Counted from the stretch's first letter, positions 1-12,951 are shown. The stretch is 64,000 nucleotides of DNA from Sporopachydermia quercuum (GCA_001599295.1 BCGN01000005.1:1178001-1242000); one strand, 5' to 3'. The notes: a model not told the origin generated them from the sequence alone. Numbers and translations are program-made.

Positions 1-1501
1 ACTATCAGCAACAGTTGTTACTAGGCAATTCCTGTAACTATTTTTTGTAATGTTGTGAGGTTTAATGTTGTGGAGGTCTTATTGCTAGTTCCACACATAC
101 TCTACATTCAAGATGAAAATTGTATCTAATAATTTAACTAAGCAGTGACTACATTTTCTTTTTTTCTATCTGGCTGTCTGAACAGAAGAACAATAGCACG
201 CCACTAGCGTGCTACGAACGGAGAACTGCGAACGTAACAAGTAGTGAAGCTACAGAAGAAATTNGTAAAAAATTGCAGTTGAGTTTCTTTTTGTTTTCAA
301 TTATTCTTATTTTCTTCTTATACGGGTTCAAGTTTCTTTCTGCCCTTCAATATAACGTCATACGGAATGTGGAAATTACCTTCATACTGTACAAAGTATG
401 CTGATTATTTACACTATGAGCAGCCAAANAGGAATGATCCACCGAAAGATGAGCATCGAGATGTTGATCTAGAAGCTTTTCTTGAGTGTAAACATTGTCT
501 AGACACTACATACGAGCAACTGAGTCTTTTGAGCAACATACNATCTTAGGTCTTGTGTTTATAAGACTTGTACATCCCACTTTTTACATTACATTGTTCA
601 AAGAGTTAGCTGTACCTCCCAAAACTTCAAAATAAAATAAAGTTTACTGAAGTTTTTCCGTTATTTGTTTTAACTTCCTAATCAGTATCAAGGTTCATTC
701 CCTTTTTTTTATTTTTTTCTGTGACATCATTGCATCGAAATACTAGGAGTTTCATACTGAGGAAACATAAGCAATAAGTCGACTTTACATTTAAATCAAA
801 AAAGAGTTTGCCAAATGTCTTACCTAGTNCCTATAAGTGTTTAAAGTATTACCAATATTTTTATTCGCTATTGACAACAATATGCACCTCTCCCCTACAA
901 TAATTGATTGATATTCCCCTGAACACAGCTGCCAAAATAACCTGAAAATGTGAAACTCTTCCAGTTAACTTTGATTCATAAAGCATTGGCTTTGATTACC
1001 TCGAAATGCATTGAATTTCATACCTTCTATATTTTGATTGTTCACTGATATCTTTGGTCGAACATAGTTCCTGCTATTTCATTCATCACCGGGTATCGGA
1101 ATATCTGTAAGGTACGATAAATAAAAAAATTAATCCAATTAAGGTTCAAAAGCTTACTTAGAATTTCCTTAAAACTGTATAAATATTCGGCTAAACCTTA
1201 ACCTTCTCCATAGGTGCAATCCTCTGTTGAGTACTAAATGATTTCATTGAAAAAAAAATAATGCAAGTGTTTCCAACGAAAGTAATTCCTATGAGAGGAT
1301 TGATTCAGCCTAAAAATGTGTATAAAAGTGATCTTTTCCCCACAGTTTCTTCACAATTCGCTGGTTGATTCAAATGCAACAACTTTCAATTTTCCTCAGT
1401 ATAAAAGTTGTGGCCTACGCTGTGAAAAAAGACCAGTTCGATTATTTGACAAAAGCAAATACTACAACAACATCTTACTAATTCAAAGCTTATACGCAAC
1501 A

Positions 1502-3505
1502 ATGAACGAAAAGCTCAAAAAAATCGGTTCGATAGAGAGAATTATCTCCGGCAGTGGTACTTCTAGTAGTTCTCCATCAATTGAAAACTCTGCTGAAGAG
1601 TTAGCAGTTATTGAATCTCTTTCCAGCAATCCTGCCGAAACAAATAATCCTTTTGAATACCTAAGCCTAGAAGAAACAATTGAATATGCAAAGAATTTTT
1701 GTATCAATTACATATCCAATAATGAAGAAGAGATTGATATTTTCGCTAGAGCCGCTCGTCTAGTTAAAACAAATTCCAATTCATCTGTTGACGGTGTTGA
1801 TAACACCAGCACTTTTGACAATACAAACCCTAATATTAGCAATGATCCTGCTTCTACAGTTGAAAGTTCTATCCCTTCTGTTTCTACCTGTCCATTCAAA
1901 TATAACCCTTGGAAACAACCAAAGACCTTATACCTTGTAACATTTGTCTGCGCTATTGCTGCTGCTGTTCAAGGTATGGATGAAACTGTTATTAACGGAG
2001 CACAGTTATTTTTTCCTGCTGAGTTTGGCATTGAAGGAAACGATTGGCTACTTGGTTTATGCAACTGTTCTCCATATCTTTGCTGTGCAGTTTTAGGCTC
2101 CTGGTTAGCTCCACCAATTTCAAATTCTTTTGGTAGAAAGAAAGCCATATGGTTTGGTGCTTTAGTATGTATGTTAACATGTTTCTGGCAGGCATTTACT
2201 AATACTTGGTATCATTTATTTATATCCAGATTTTTTCTGGGGATTGGTATTGGCATAAATTCTTCAACTGTGCCTGTTTACTGTGCGGAAAGCGCCCCTA
2301 CAAGAATTAGAGGTTCATTAGTTATGACATGGCAAATGTTCACCGCTTTTGGTATAATGCTTGGATATGTTTCAAGTTTAGCATTCCAAAACGTTCAAAG
2401 TTCAGTGGTAACTGGTTTACAATGGAGATTAATGCTTGGTTCAGCAATGGTTCCTGCAATTTTTGTTTGTTTCTTGATTCCATTGTGCCCTGAATCTCCT
2501 AGATGGTTATTGGATTCAGGGAGGCACTTTGACAGTTATACTGTATTAAAGAAGCTGAGATTGTCTAAAATAGCCGCAGCTGTAGATGTAATTTCAATGA
2601 ATATTGGTATAGAAGAAGAACAAAAGCAGCCAGGATATAATAGTAATCTACTTTATAAATTCTATTTGATGGTGACAGTTAGAAGAAATCGCAATGCAAC
2701 TGTGTCTAGTTGGTTGGTAATGTTTAGTCAACAATTCTGTGGTATCAATGTTATTGCTTATTACTCAAGTTCAATCTTTCTCGAATCTGGTTTTAGCATG
2801 AGGAATGCTTTGTTAGCATCATGGGGATTTGGTATGATTAATTTTCTATTTGCCATTCCAGCATTCTATTCCATCGATACTTTTGGAAGACGCAGTTTAT
2901 TGTTAATTACTTTCCCACCTATGGCAATTTGTTTATTGATTGCTGGGTTTGCATTCTTAATACCAAGTGATACGACAAGTGGAATGAATGCTCATGTTGG
3001 TGTTGTTGCTCTTGGAATTTATCTATTTTCTGCTATTTATTCTTCTGGAACAGGTCCTGTTCCTTTTACGTACTCTGCTGAAATATTTCCATTTAATATC
3101 CGAGCCGTTGGAATGAGTTTTGCAACTGCTACTTGCTGGTTCTTCAATTTTGTTTTATCTTTGACATGGCCATCATTGAAAAGCACTTTTACGCCAACTG
3201 GAGCATTTGGTTATTATGCAGCCTGGAATATTGTTTTATGGGTGGCAACGTTCTTTTTAATACCAGAGACTAAAAATATTTCTTTAGAAAGTCTCGAGGA
3301 CGTTTTCGACGTGCCATTAAAGAGAATGGTGAAGTATAGGATTGAGAGTGTTTGGTATTTTTTCGATAGGTATATTGTGAGAAACAAAATTGAAAGAATT
3401 AATAAACTGAAAGATCCAGTTGTTGAGTGGAGAAATTTGAAGAAGGAGCAAGAAGAAGTAGTTGAAAATTTTGAAGTAAGAGATTCAGATGGAGAGAAAG
3501 TATAA
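1502..3505 (+). CDS. Sugar porter family MFS transporter (polyol/myo-inositol/sugar H+ symporter-like)
   Basis: Sugar-porter motifs FGRK, ESAPTRIRG, PESPRWL, QQFCGINVIAYYS, DTFGRR and PETK; about 12 hydrophobic segments. The ORF opens at 1316, but ATG 1502 (acaATG, downstream of TATAAAA at ~1321 and ~1400) is the likelier start. Confidence 0.9.
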   Translation: MNEKLKKIGSIERIISGSGTSSSSPSIENSAEELAVIESLSSNPAETNNPFEYLSLEETIEYAKNFCINYISNNEEEIDIFARAARLVKTNSNSSVDGVDNTSTFDNTNPNISNDPASTVESSIPSVSTCPFKYNPWKQPKTLYLVTFVCAIAAAVQGMDETVINGAQLFFPAEFGIEGNDWLLGLCNCSPYLCCAVLGSWLAPPISNSFGRKKAIWFGALVCMLTCFWQAFTNTWYHLFISRFFLGIGIGINSSTVPVYCAESAPTRIRGSLVMTWQMFTAFGIMLGYVSSLAFQNVQSSVVTGLQWRLMLGSAMVPAIFVCFLIPLCPESPRWLLDSGRHFDSYTVLKKLRLSKIAAAVDVISMNIGIEEEQKQPGYNSNLLYKFYLMVTVRRNRNATVSSWLVMFSQQFCGINVIAYYSSSIFLESGFSMRNALLASWGFGMINFLFAIPAFYSIDTFGRRSLLLITFPPMAICLLIAGFAFLIPSDTTSGMNAHVGVVALGIYLFSAIYSSGTGPVPFTYSAEIFPFNIRAVGMSFATATCWFFNFVLSLTWPSLKSTFTPTGAFGYYAAWNIVLWVATFFLIPETKNISLESLEDVFDVPLKRMVKYRIESVWYFFDRYIVRNKIERINKLKDPVVEWRNLKKEQEEVVENFEVRDSDGEKV

Positions 3506-4495
3506 ATTGGAAACAGGCGCCAAGAAAAGGGTTGAGGAAAAGGTTATTTTTTGAAATGATAAGAGCATTGGAATTATGATTGTAGCATATAATAACAGGT
3601 TATTACAATTAGATATATAGTATGAATAGATAATGAATTAATGAACGCTCATGAGTTGTAAGGAGATATGTAAGATATATTGAATACTTCTATGGTGAAT
3701 TAAATATTAAAGTTTGACGTCCTTTCAGTTGCAAAACATTCAGTTTCCGTTTTGGGATTTANTGGAATATCTTTGTTTAATAGTTTCATTCTCAATCTCC
3801 CAATCGTTTGCTGTTATGATCGCAGTCTTTTATCTCCAGAATGTATTTTAAGGTGTTTCCTGCAACTTTTTGGCAAATATTCAATATTCATACTGAAAAT
3901 CAATATTTTATCTGTTTTCTCTTCTCAAAAGGTTGGAGATATACAATCAGTTGCTGAGGTTCCACTTTCGATTAAGCGAGAATGTATTAAAAGTTCTTTT
4001 TCATCACTCAAAGCAACAAACAAACATTTTTCAATAAATATCAACCTTCAAAGCTGGCTGATATGTCCAAAAGTAAAAATATCTAATAACCCAAGTATCA
4101 ATGCCAACTACTGTTTTATGTTCTCATTAGTTTCGATTTTTCCGAACCGATATAGCTTTAGCTATAAACCTAATCTTCAAAGTGAAACCTTATTTTCTTT
4201 CATTACAGATTTCGGAAACGATACTATTATTTCTACAAAGCGGAAATATTTTTTGCAATTCCGGAAGCCATTGCAATTTAAAACTTTTCTTCCCCTTTGC
4301 ATACCATCAAAAGTACAAACCAATGGCCTCTCGTTTTACCAACAAATCAGCTAAAGGCACTCAATAGAATAACTCCCTAAGCACTTAATTCATCCTTTAC
4401 ATCCCTAGTATATATTGGGTGTCCAATTCCTTCTCCAAGGTCAATAGACCGCTCCTTATACCACTTCAGTATCTCATCATTGCCATACCGGACAA

Positions 4496-6487
4496 ATGCT
4501 ACCAGCTGACTATTATGAGCTACTACAAGTAGAGGAATCTGCTTCAAGCGGTGATCTGCGGAAAGCATACAGGAAGCTTGCACTGAAATTCCATCCCGAT
4601 AAAAATTTATCGAATCCTGAAGAAGCTTCAGAGAAGTTCAAACTAGTGAAAGCTGCTTACGAAACTCTCAATGACGCTAATGCTAGAGCTGAGTATGATT
4701 ATAGGAAAAAGAACGGATTCACGAACAATGATTACGGAAACGATAGCTATCCAGAAGAGATTGGAATAACTGCAGATGATATAATAAAATTAATTGATCC
4801 TAGTTTATATACACGATATGATGATACACCTGCTGGATTCTATGGTATTGTAAGAAAACTGTTCATTCAATTAGCAAGAGAAGAAGTAGAAGCTATGCAA
4901 TACAACAATATTGAGGGGCATGAAACATATAAAGATTGCGATTTGAAATATGATGGCGTTTCTGCTGATTTAACTGGGAATTTCTATTTACCACGGTTTG
5001 GTAAATCCACTAGTGAATATGCTACTGTTAAACAATTCTATGCTTCCTGGTCCAAATTTCGAAGTGTTAAAAGCTTTCGTTGGGTTCAGCAGTATAACAT
5101 TCTCAGAAGTCATGATCGTAGAACAAGAAGAGTGCTTGAGAAGGAGAATAAGAAACTTCGAGAAGCTGCAAGAAAGGAATATAATGATAGTATCAAATCG
5201 TTTGTTTCATTTATTAAGAGGAGAGATCCCCGGTTGAAGAACGTGAATGGCATTAATGGCGATGGTGATGATTCACAAATGACCGAACCTGAAAGAAGGA
5301 AGAAAATGCAAGAGGACATTAGGAAACAAGCTAAGAAAGATAGAGAAAGGCATAAGAAGATGTTTGAAGGTTATGTTGAGCAGGAATGGTCGAAGGTTGA
5401 TGACACTTATTATGACAACTATAATGAGTTCAAAGAAAATGATAAGGGTGATGAGGATGACGACGAAGAAGAAGAAGAAGGGGAGGATGACGAAGAAGTT
5501 GATGAGGAAAGGCATGATGATGTGCATAATGATAGAAATGATACGGACAGTAATGAACCTGATNATAATGCCAATAGCAAAACTGAGACATCTACTAGCA
5601 CCGTGATCGAATATGAGTGTGTTATATGTAATAAGACGTTCAAGAGTGAAGCGCAGTTTCTCAGTCACGAGAAGAGTAAGAAACATAAGAAACAGGTTGT
5701 TATTTTGAAACGGGAGATGAGAAAGGAAGGAATTAAATTGGGGATAGATAAAGCTGAGGATTTTCAAGACGCGAATGAGTATTTTGAAGACGAGAGCGAA
5801 GTTGAGGAAAAGGGAAGGGAAGAGGCAGAGCCACATAGAGAGGAATTCGTGTCAGATAGTGAAGAAACTGATAATAAGGGATTTCCAGAAAGCGAGGAAG
5901 AAGTTGAAGATCCAGTAATTAATGATAGTTCATCAGAAAATGAGAGAAGAATAATTGATGATATAAACAATTATTCATCCGATGATATTTATGCTTACTC
6001 TAACATTAATTCACAAAATGATGCCAGCATTGATAGTAGCACTAATAGTATTACTTCTAGTAAAAAGAAGCAACAGAAAAAGAATAGAAAGAAACAAAAC
6101 ACATTTCCATCATTTCCTGTGTCGGAATCGGCTTCTGCTACNGTTGCTGGGTGTAGCCCATTTGACGAACCTAGTGCTCATGAAGATAAGTCATTAGCAG
6201 AGTTATTAGCTTCCCTTGACATTAGCAATAAAACACCAGTTAAAATTCAAAGTAGTGCGAAAGAAAAGAAATCAAAGAGGGGAAAGAATAATTCTATTGC
6301 TGAGGAATTGAGTAAAGATTCTGACAATTCCAGTGCAAGTGCTGTACCTGGAATCAAGAATCCCTCGTTGGTATGTGCAGTTTGCTCCATGAGCTTTTCA
6401 AGCAGGAATAAACTGTTCAGCCATGTTAATTCTACTGGTCATGCTGCTCCTGTCCCAAAAGGTACTAAAAAGGTTAAACGGAAATGA
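4496..6487 (+). CDS. JJJ1: J-domain co-chaperone Jjj1/DNAJC21 (60S maturation)
   Basis: N-terminal J domain with HPD; zuotin-like middle region (FYASWSKF...RRTRRVLEKENKK...KRRDPR); acidic tract; two C2H2 zinc fingers (CVIC...H...H and CAVC...H...H). Confidence 0.92.
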   Translation: MLPADYYELLQVEESASSGDLRKAYRKLALKFHPDKNLSNPEEASEKFKLVKAAYETLNDANARAEYDYRKKNGFTNNDYGNDSYPEEIGITADDIIKLIDPSLYTRYDDTPAGFYGIVRKLFIQLAREEVEAMQYNNIEGHETYKDCDLKYDGVSADLTGNFYLPRFGKSTSEYATVKQFYASWSKFRSVKSFRWVQQYNILRSHDRRTRRVLEKENKKLREAARKEYNDSIKSFVSFIKRRDPRLKNVNGINGDGDDSQMTEPERRKKMQEDIRKQAKKDRERHKKMFEGYVEQEWSKVDDTYYDNYNEFKENDKGDEDDDEEEEEGEDDEEVDEERHDDVHNDRNDTDSNEPDXNANSKTETSTSTVIEYECVICNKTFKSEAQFLSHEKSKKHKKQVVILKREMRKEGIKLGIDKAEDFQDANEYFEDESEVEEKGREEAEPHREEFVSDSEETDNKGFPESEEEVEDPVINDSSSENERRIIDDINNYSSDDIYAYSNINSQNDASIDSSTNSITSSKKKQQKKNRKKQNTFPSFPVSESASAXVAGCSPFDEPSAHEDKSLAELLASLDISNKTPVKIQSSAKEKKSKRGKNNSIAEELSKDSDNSSASAVPGIKNPSLVCAVCSMSFSSRNKLFSHVNSTGHAAPVPKGTKKVKRK

Positions 6488-7528
6488 ATAGAGGTTGTTT
6501 CATATGCTTGATGAATAAGAATTCATAAAGATATAAATAGATCGCCCTGAGTTGTTAGGCATTATCTAGTGTGGACCGTAGAAGTATAAATAATGATAAT
6601 AGAGATAGGAATAGGAATATGAATGGTAAAATGAGAGAATCTAATTTAATAATTATAATAATTATCTGAAAGTTCATTGTAGAAATACGTATGAAGGAAA
6701 GGAAAATAATACTATCAAGCTTTGACTGAATTCTATGCTTGAATAAGATAAAATGTAATAATGAACAACTTGATCAATAACAACTAATTAATTGATATGA
6801 TTACTATAAGATGACTCCGTGAGTTATCTATAGAATATGTGTATGAATTATACCACTGTAACTAATCATAGTAGGATCATGAGTTATAGCAATTGAACAA
6901 AGTATCATACCTATTGCATTAGTTATCAACACAAATGTAAATATTGTATAGGTGAAGGGTGAATAATATAAGCCCCTCTTCAACAACTGTCATGTAACAT
7001 GAAAACACTTTTTAGCGATTTATGTTTGATTCATCTGCTTCTAGAGAAGTTGAGCAGTTTCAAGCATTTGCGTCATCAGGTGCAACCAGTTAGTTCACAT
7101 GAGGTTAAGCCACCGGTTGTTATACTTAACAAAATATTAAATATATTGGTGGTTTGCGATTGAATTATTAGCGGAAAATATTGGTACAATTAAAATTAAG
7201 AAGATATTTGTTGACAAACTAACATTTGAGTAATGATTTTATAGACATCACATAGTAACAAATATTTATCCCTAACAAATTTAGAAACTCAAGTTCATTT
7301 CTCTATATTCCAGTAGCTTGCCTATTATCATAATGACAATGTTATATAACTATGCTCTATAATATCCTCACTTGGTAGTATCAAATGAATTGATCTAAAT
7401 ATTCAGCCAGCTTTTAATACCATTGAATATTTTAGATATCCGGCTTCAAATAAAACTTCACAGGGTTGTATAAATTTGCCGCTTCCTTGTTCTATTGGTA
7501 CTCGTCTCATAACTAATACCATTTACTT

Positions 7529-10459
7529 CTATCTCAGCCCATGACGTGTATTCTTCATCTTAGCAGCAATAGGGTCAGCAATACCTTCGTTTGACTTGCC
7601 CAATCCTTGTCCAGCACTCCATCCCATTTTCTCCAGTAGCTTATGCCCGATATTCTCTCTTCCAATGGCTGGAGCATCTGCTGCAACTAAATCTCCATCT
7701 CTAAGCTTATTGGAAGAATACTTCACTATCTTCGTCTTAGTTCCATTAGCATTTCGTCTGGTCTCTGTTATAGTACCAGTATCATTAGAATGATATCTAA
7801 CATGAATATTCTCTCTTCTTTGATGAGAATCCAGTTGTTTCAAGTTTTCAGGTTTTGCACTTCTTGAATTACCAGGTCTTGCAAAGTATTTCCTACCATT
7901 CAGTTGTCTATTAATACTCTTTCTATCCACTGGTCTTCTATTAGAAAAAGATATTTTTATAGCCACAACGTGTCTGTTTTTCCCTTTTCCAAAACTTCTG
8001 CTTTTCATATTGAAAGCTTCAATCATTTTGTGGATTGATTGTCTTCCATTACTGTCCATAGGGGGAAAGGCGAGAGCTTGGTGTGAAGAGCGGAGATGAT
8101 GTTCTAATTCAGATTTTATATCTAGAATATGCATGATTTTCGGATATTTATCCAATAACGAATAATTTGTGTTGATATCTCGGTTAATGTCGGAAAAGAT
8201 ATCAGAATTAGATCCGTTATCATTTCCAGAGCTGAATTGCATGTTGAAATCATTCTTGTCATGTGATTTGGATTTTCTTCGTTCTTTGCGAGATAATCTC
8301 CGGTTTGCCTCATGCTGTTTCCTGTTTGCTGCTTTCATGATTAACTCATTCAATAAGTTCTTATCTAACTCCATTAGATTTGACGCTTTGAATTGCCTTT
8401 TCAATGCACGTAAATTCAAATCGTTATAATCTCCGTTGTTCAAAAATTTCCTCATCGTTTTACTACTAAGTTCTGCAGCTATACCCTCGGTGCTAGAGTC
8501 ATCGCTATCAACTCCATCTGAGGATATCAAATTCGATATTATATCATTGAGTTCTTCTTCGTCATCATCTTCTCCAAATTCACTATCATCACTATGATTA
8601 GCATCAAATTCTGTCATATATTCTTCCTGAAGTTCATATTCCTTTTTGATTTCATCTGCTTCCTTTGCTTGAAACTGCTGGACTATATCGGAGATAATCT
8701 CATCAAGAACGTCAGAAGCATCATTCGCATTACTAACACTTGGGTCATCATCTCCGTTATTCTTCTCCACCATATTTACACTAAAACTTCTATCAGCTTT
8801 TTTTTGATTCTCTTGAAGTAATTCTTTCAAGGAACCTTGTGAGACCCAAATCTCACTCCCAACTCCATGACAAGAGACACAAAACTGCTGATCATCCAAT
8901 CCTGGTCTGAAACCACTGACGGTTACATCACCAATGGTAGTACTAAAAGTCGATCGTTGTAGTTCTTTTGGTATTAGCATTGAATCGTCATCTTCACTTT
9001 CATCCGAAGATTTATTTAATAACTGCTCTTTATAATCCAAATACGCTAATTCAGAATCATCGATTTCAATCTTATTTTCACTTTCACTTTCATCATTAGA
9101 GCTCCCCATTAAAGCTGAGAAACTGTTATTAGTTTCCCCAATGAATTTTCTTTCTGAATCGTCAAATTCCAGCTCGAATTCTTCTGACAAGTCAGAATTA
9201 AACTCTCCTTCGTGGTCATAGCTTAGTTCATTGATCAGCTTCACGCCCCCTATCGAAAAGGTTTTATCCAGTTCTAATGAACTAGTATTTCTCTTCTTCT
9301 GCTTCTTGTCTATAGCATTAGCTGTAAATTTTGACTTGTATTTCGACCTTTGCTTCTTATCTTGAAGTAGCTCTTTAGTAGAAATGCTAGCAGAAACAGC
9401 ATTGCTATTCTTATTAGATGTTATACTGTTATCACCAGTAGTATCTGTGAAAAACAGTTCATCTGATTGTACAGCTGATAAATCTAGTGAGTAATTATTC
9501 TGTTCATTACAGTTTGATTGCTCTTCTGTAGCAATCTCGGAAATTGATAACGATCGGAAATTTGGTAGCTCAGCGTTTGGTATATCAAAATTCCCCTCAA
9601 CTGCTACTTCTATATTCTCACTAGTAGTGGATGTGCTGATAGTACTAGCAGTGTCTGCATAATTGGTATCTCCATCTGGTGGGGGTGGTATAGTTCTAGT
9701 ACTTTCTTGTATATTCTCTTGTAATGAAGCTCCCGTGATTATTCTTACGTTCGGCTTTTCATTTCTAGTTTGCTTGCTTTCAGTTTCATTTTCATTTTCA
9801 TTTTCGCCTCTGTTCTTATTTTCATTCTCGGTATGGTTCTTACTGTTGGTTCTATCCGTCAACTTGTTAACCATCTCCAATGGATCTAGTACACTTTCAG
9901 ACTTCACAAACATCATTGGTATCTTTGGCTTCTTATAAGATTTCCGGTTCCCATCCTCAAACATCTCTGTTGTATATCTTGCTTCCCGAAGTATTGAATA
10001 ACTTGTCATAGAATCACTATCACCATTGACAACTATACTACTATTGTTGATAGCATTTTCCCGATTATTGACAGCATACCTGTTGAATCTATTATTCTTT
10101 GTCATCCCGTTACTTTTACTGGCTTTGCTTTCATATAATTCTTGTTCATGCTGAAATTGTGCCAAATTGAATCCACCGTTATGACCATTGTTATAGTTCT
10201 GGTTGAAATTATAAGTAGGTCTCTTTGGGTTCTTGTTTTTCTTGCTGGATAGAGCTCCAGGTTGAAGGCTCAAGCCATCAGGATCATCTCCAAAATTTAT
10301 ATCGTCTGCAAAATCACCAAAAGCTGCTAAATCACCAAACTCATTACTTTTAAATGGAATGAAATCAGATGAGTGATTCGAATGATCAACGCTGGGCTTC
10401 CGGCTGTTAGTGGTACGGCCCTTCCTACCAGGTTTGTACTTGCTATGTCGATGACCCAT
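7529..10459 (-). CDS. SQS1: Sqs1/Pfa1 G-patch and R3H domain protein (Prp43 cofactor)
   Basis: R3H-like segment (FPPMDSNGRQSIHKM...KSRSFGKGKNRH) and C-terminal G-patch (NIGHKLLEKMGWSAGQGLG); long acidic N-terminal region. Confidence 0.88.
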   Translation of the reverse strand: MGHRHSKYKPGRKGRTTNSRKPSVDHSNHSSDFIPFKSNEFGDLAAFGDFADDINFGDDPDGLSLQPGALSSKKNKNPKRPTYNFNQNYNNGHNGGFNLAQFQHEQELYESKASKSNGMTKNNRFNRYAVNNRENAINNSSIVVNGDSDSMTSYSILREARYTTEMFEDGNRKSYKKPKIPMMFVKSESVLDPLEMVNKLTDRTNSKNHTENENKNRGENENENETESKQTRNEKPNVRIITGASLQENIQESTRTIPPPPDGDTNYADTASTISTSTTSENIEVAVEGNFDIPNAELPNFRSLSISEIATEEQSNCNEQNNYSLDLSAVQSDELFFTDTTGDNSITSNKNSNAVSASISTKELLQDKKQRSKYKSKFTANAIDKKQKKRNTSSLELDKTFSIGGVKLINELSYDHEGEFNSDLSEEFELEFDDSERKFIGETNNSFSALMGSSNDESESENKIEIDDSELAYLDYKEQLLNKSSDESEDDDSMLIPKELQRSTFSTTIGDVTVSGFRPGLDDQQFCVSCHGVGSEIWVSQGSLKELLQENQKKADRSFSVNMVEKNNGDDDPSVSNANDASDVLDEIISDIVQQFQAKEADEIKKEYELQEEYMTEFDANHSDDSEFGEDDDEEELNDIISNLISSDGVDSDDSSTEGIAAELSSKTMRKFLNNGDYNDLNLRALKRQFKASNLMELDKNLLNELIMKAANRKQHEANRRLSRKERRKSKSHDKNDFNMQFSSGNDNGSNSDIFSDINRDINTNYSLLDKYPKIMHILDIKSELEHHLRSSHQALAFPPMDSNGRQSIHKMIEAFNMKSRSFGKGKNRHVVAIKISFSNRRPVDRKSINRQLNGRKYFARPGNSRSAKPENLKQLDSHQRRENIHVRYHSNDTGTITETRRNANGTKTKIVKYSSNKLRDGDLVAADAPAIGRENIGHKLLEKMGWSAGQGLGKSNEGIADPIAAKMKNTRHGLR

Positions 10460-11279
10460 TATTTACAGAAAGGCTCATTATACAGAGAATCCTCTAAGGG
10501 TTTATATTTGAAAGTTTCTTCAGAGTGTTTAAGCCGTATGAACGAGCTTTTTCTTGAGAATATGCGTTCGTTGTGGAGGGAGATAAAGCTGGAAGTTGAT
10601 GAGATAGCAGGAAAGGCGAGAGATACTGGAGAAGATGATGTAAAGAAACATATGGGACGGAAACTATATTGCAATGATGAAGCAGTTGCAATGATTAGAT
10701 AATCAGAAGATACGCTAGGATCGTTGACTTTAAAAAGCAATTACATACGTTTGTAGTTGAGAATTAAACATATAGTGCCATCCTATCCTTTTAGTTTTAT
10801 TTTCTAGTTCAAATCTCCTTTTAAATATGAAAAATCTGTGTAAATCTGCTTGACAAAGGTTTCGAAGTAGATGAGTATGATAAAATCGGAGATAATGCAA
10901 GAGGGGGGAGTTCTAGTGATCAACGTGCTTGATCGTTCTGGAATAGCTGAAATACACAAGCAGTTTAATATACGAATAAAAACAAACAATCAAAATATAC
11001 CACATACTACAACTTCTATCCAAGTTCTAACATAAAACACGAGTATTTTTTGTTTTATTGCAGAAGAATAAATGTATGTATCTCGCGTATTACAACAAAA
11101 CAAGGACTGACGAGAAATGTCATCTATATCAAATATTTCCGTTATTCAATGTTATCGTCTCCGTCCTATTTCCTATCTGCTGAGAGTTTCCGGCTCTTAT
11201 CTATAATGAATCTTAAGCTATAAAATTAGCAAGAATCATTATTCCATTGATAGTAAAGGTGTTTCAATACCAAGCATAC

Positions 11280-11999
11280 CTACTTCTTCTTCTTGGTAAC
11301 TTTCTTAGCGATAGTGGATGCGACATCCATATTATTGATCTTCTCCGCCAAATCGTTTTTACTTGGCTCAGCATTCAGAACGCCGCTCAGACCTCCTTCT
11401 TGCATTTGCTTCATTACATTGGGATCCATATTTTTTTGTAAATACGGCATAAGAACCATCATTACCAAAGCGCCAATACTCAATAACATTGTTGGGTTAG
11501 AAAATAATTGCCTTATGTTAAATGGATGCACAGGTCGAACCAAAGAACCCACGCTTTTAGCATCAAGAGGGATAGGCTTCACTGGTACTTCAGGTCCGAG
11601 ATCATTCCAGGGATGATTAGGCCAAACCTGATACCCTTTCACAATACGTCCTTCAGAATCAGTATCCAAACGTATCAATTGATTTTCTGAAAACTGAACA
11701 TTGAGTGATAATATGTTCAGCAAATATGACGATGAATTGCTGAGTTTCCTTGAAATCCTTATAGTAGCATCTTCGTAGATATGTAATTGTTGAGAATGCT
11801 TATTTATGTTAGGAATCTGGTTATTTTCCGGCCCAATTTCTGTCAATGTGATATCAATTGTGGAAATTAATGAAGGTGTAATTGGTAAATTGTTCCAATT
11901 TATTAATGCCAGTATAGTTGATTCTTGTCCTTGCGCCAAACAAGTGGCTGAATTGAAAACTCCCACCAGGGATATAATTAGCATAATCCAGTTATTCAT
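11280..11999 (-). CDS. ER membrane protein complex subunit 7-like (EMC7/Sop4 family)
   Basis: Signal peptide, beta-rich lumenal region (SYLLNI), then NPTMLL-transmembrane-MPYLQKNMDP, which resembles the EMC7 C-terminal pattern; ends in KKKK. Confidence 0.7.
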   Translation of the reverse strand: MNNWIMLIISLVGVFNSATCLAQGQESTILALINWNNLPITPSLISTIDITLTEIGPENNQIPNINKHSQQLHIYEDATIRISRKLSNSSSYLLNILSLNVQFSENQLIRLDTDSEGRIVKGYQVWPNHPWNDLGPEVPVKPIPLDAKSVGSLVRPVHPFNIRQLFSNPTMLLSIGALVMMVLMPYLQKNMDPNVMKQMQEGGLSGVLNAEPSKNDLAEKINNMDVASTIAKKVTKKKK

Positions 12000-12951
12000 T
12001 GTGGGCCTATAAAATCAACATCAACTTAATTACAGAACAATCTCTAAGTGCTCTGTATTCCTGTCTCCACCTATTATGTATTGTCACTCTTTTCTCCCTT
12101 CTATTAGCAATGAATCAATGACCTAGCTCCCTTTGATAACACACACCAGAATGCTTGTACACCAACTAGCAACTTGCTATCATCTTACTGAAGAATNTCG
12201 TCTGAATTCCTTCTAGTGCTGATATTTACTTGAACCTCCATATATTATGCCACCATGACGTAAATCACATCATTGAGTTTGGGCCACTAGAAATTCCATC
12301 ACCATGAAAAATTTGTGTCTCAAAACACAATAGAGATTGCTACCACAAACAATTTTTCATATAAAAGCATTGATGTCCCCGTAAATTATTTTTGAGATTC
12401 CTTATTCTTCTCGAATGCCTAAATTATTCATCGAAGATTTATTTCAAAAAATTGTACTTATTTCAGATATTGAATTATTGTAGAAGGTAGTCTTCTCTAT
12501 AGATCTCCTCTCCCTACATCAATATCGAGAGTAGAGCCTTTTAAAGGTTAAAGATTCCAGCTGGAAAGTGTGCTTCTCATTTATTAATGAGCCAGTGGCA
12601 TTCTCTCCTTACCAGGATTCATACATATAGTCTGTTTGATAGTATATAGTATATACATTGTTTCAATAGAGATAAATTAAAATTAAAAAGTAGATTGAGA
12701 AACCCTTGTATGTGAATATGAAATATGGAACAGTTCACGGTAAAGAATAGTACACCATTGTTGGAACGGGTTATCAACATTTATTCTTCAACTTTTATGT
12801 ATTAACTCGTAGTATACATATCTCAATCACGCTTTTAAACTTCCCTACTCAAAAAGAACACGTTCAATGGTTTATAAAATAATCGTTATTAATACAAAGA
12901 AATAGAGATAAATAGTATATAAAAAGAAGTGGTATATAAATTGATTCCAAT

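Noticed and set aside
194..214. 8-bp inverted repeat TAGCACGC-N5-GCGTGCTA
   Set aside because: A single short palindrome with no context or second copy; expected by chance.
367..549. 60-aa ORF with CxxC
   Set aside because: Short, no family recognised, and within the probable transporter promoter region.
3752..4354. 200-aa ORF between the transporter and JJJ1
   Set aside because: Non-ATG start, F/I/S/L-biased composition typical of AT-rich intergenic DNA, and no recognisable motif.
6970..7125. Two hairpins on the minus strand between JJJ1 and SQS1, as a possible snoRNA
   Set aside because: No clear H box and the ACA spacing is too short; not enough support.
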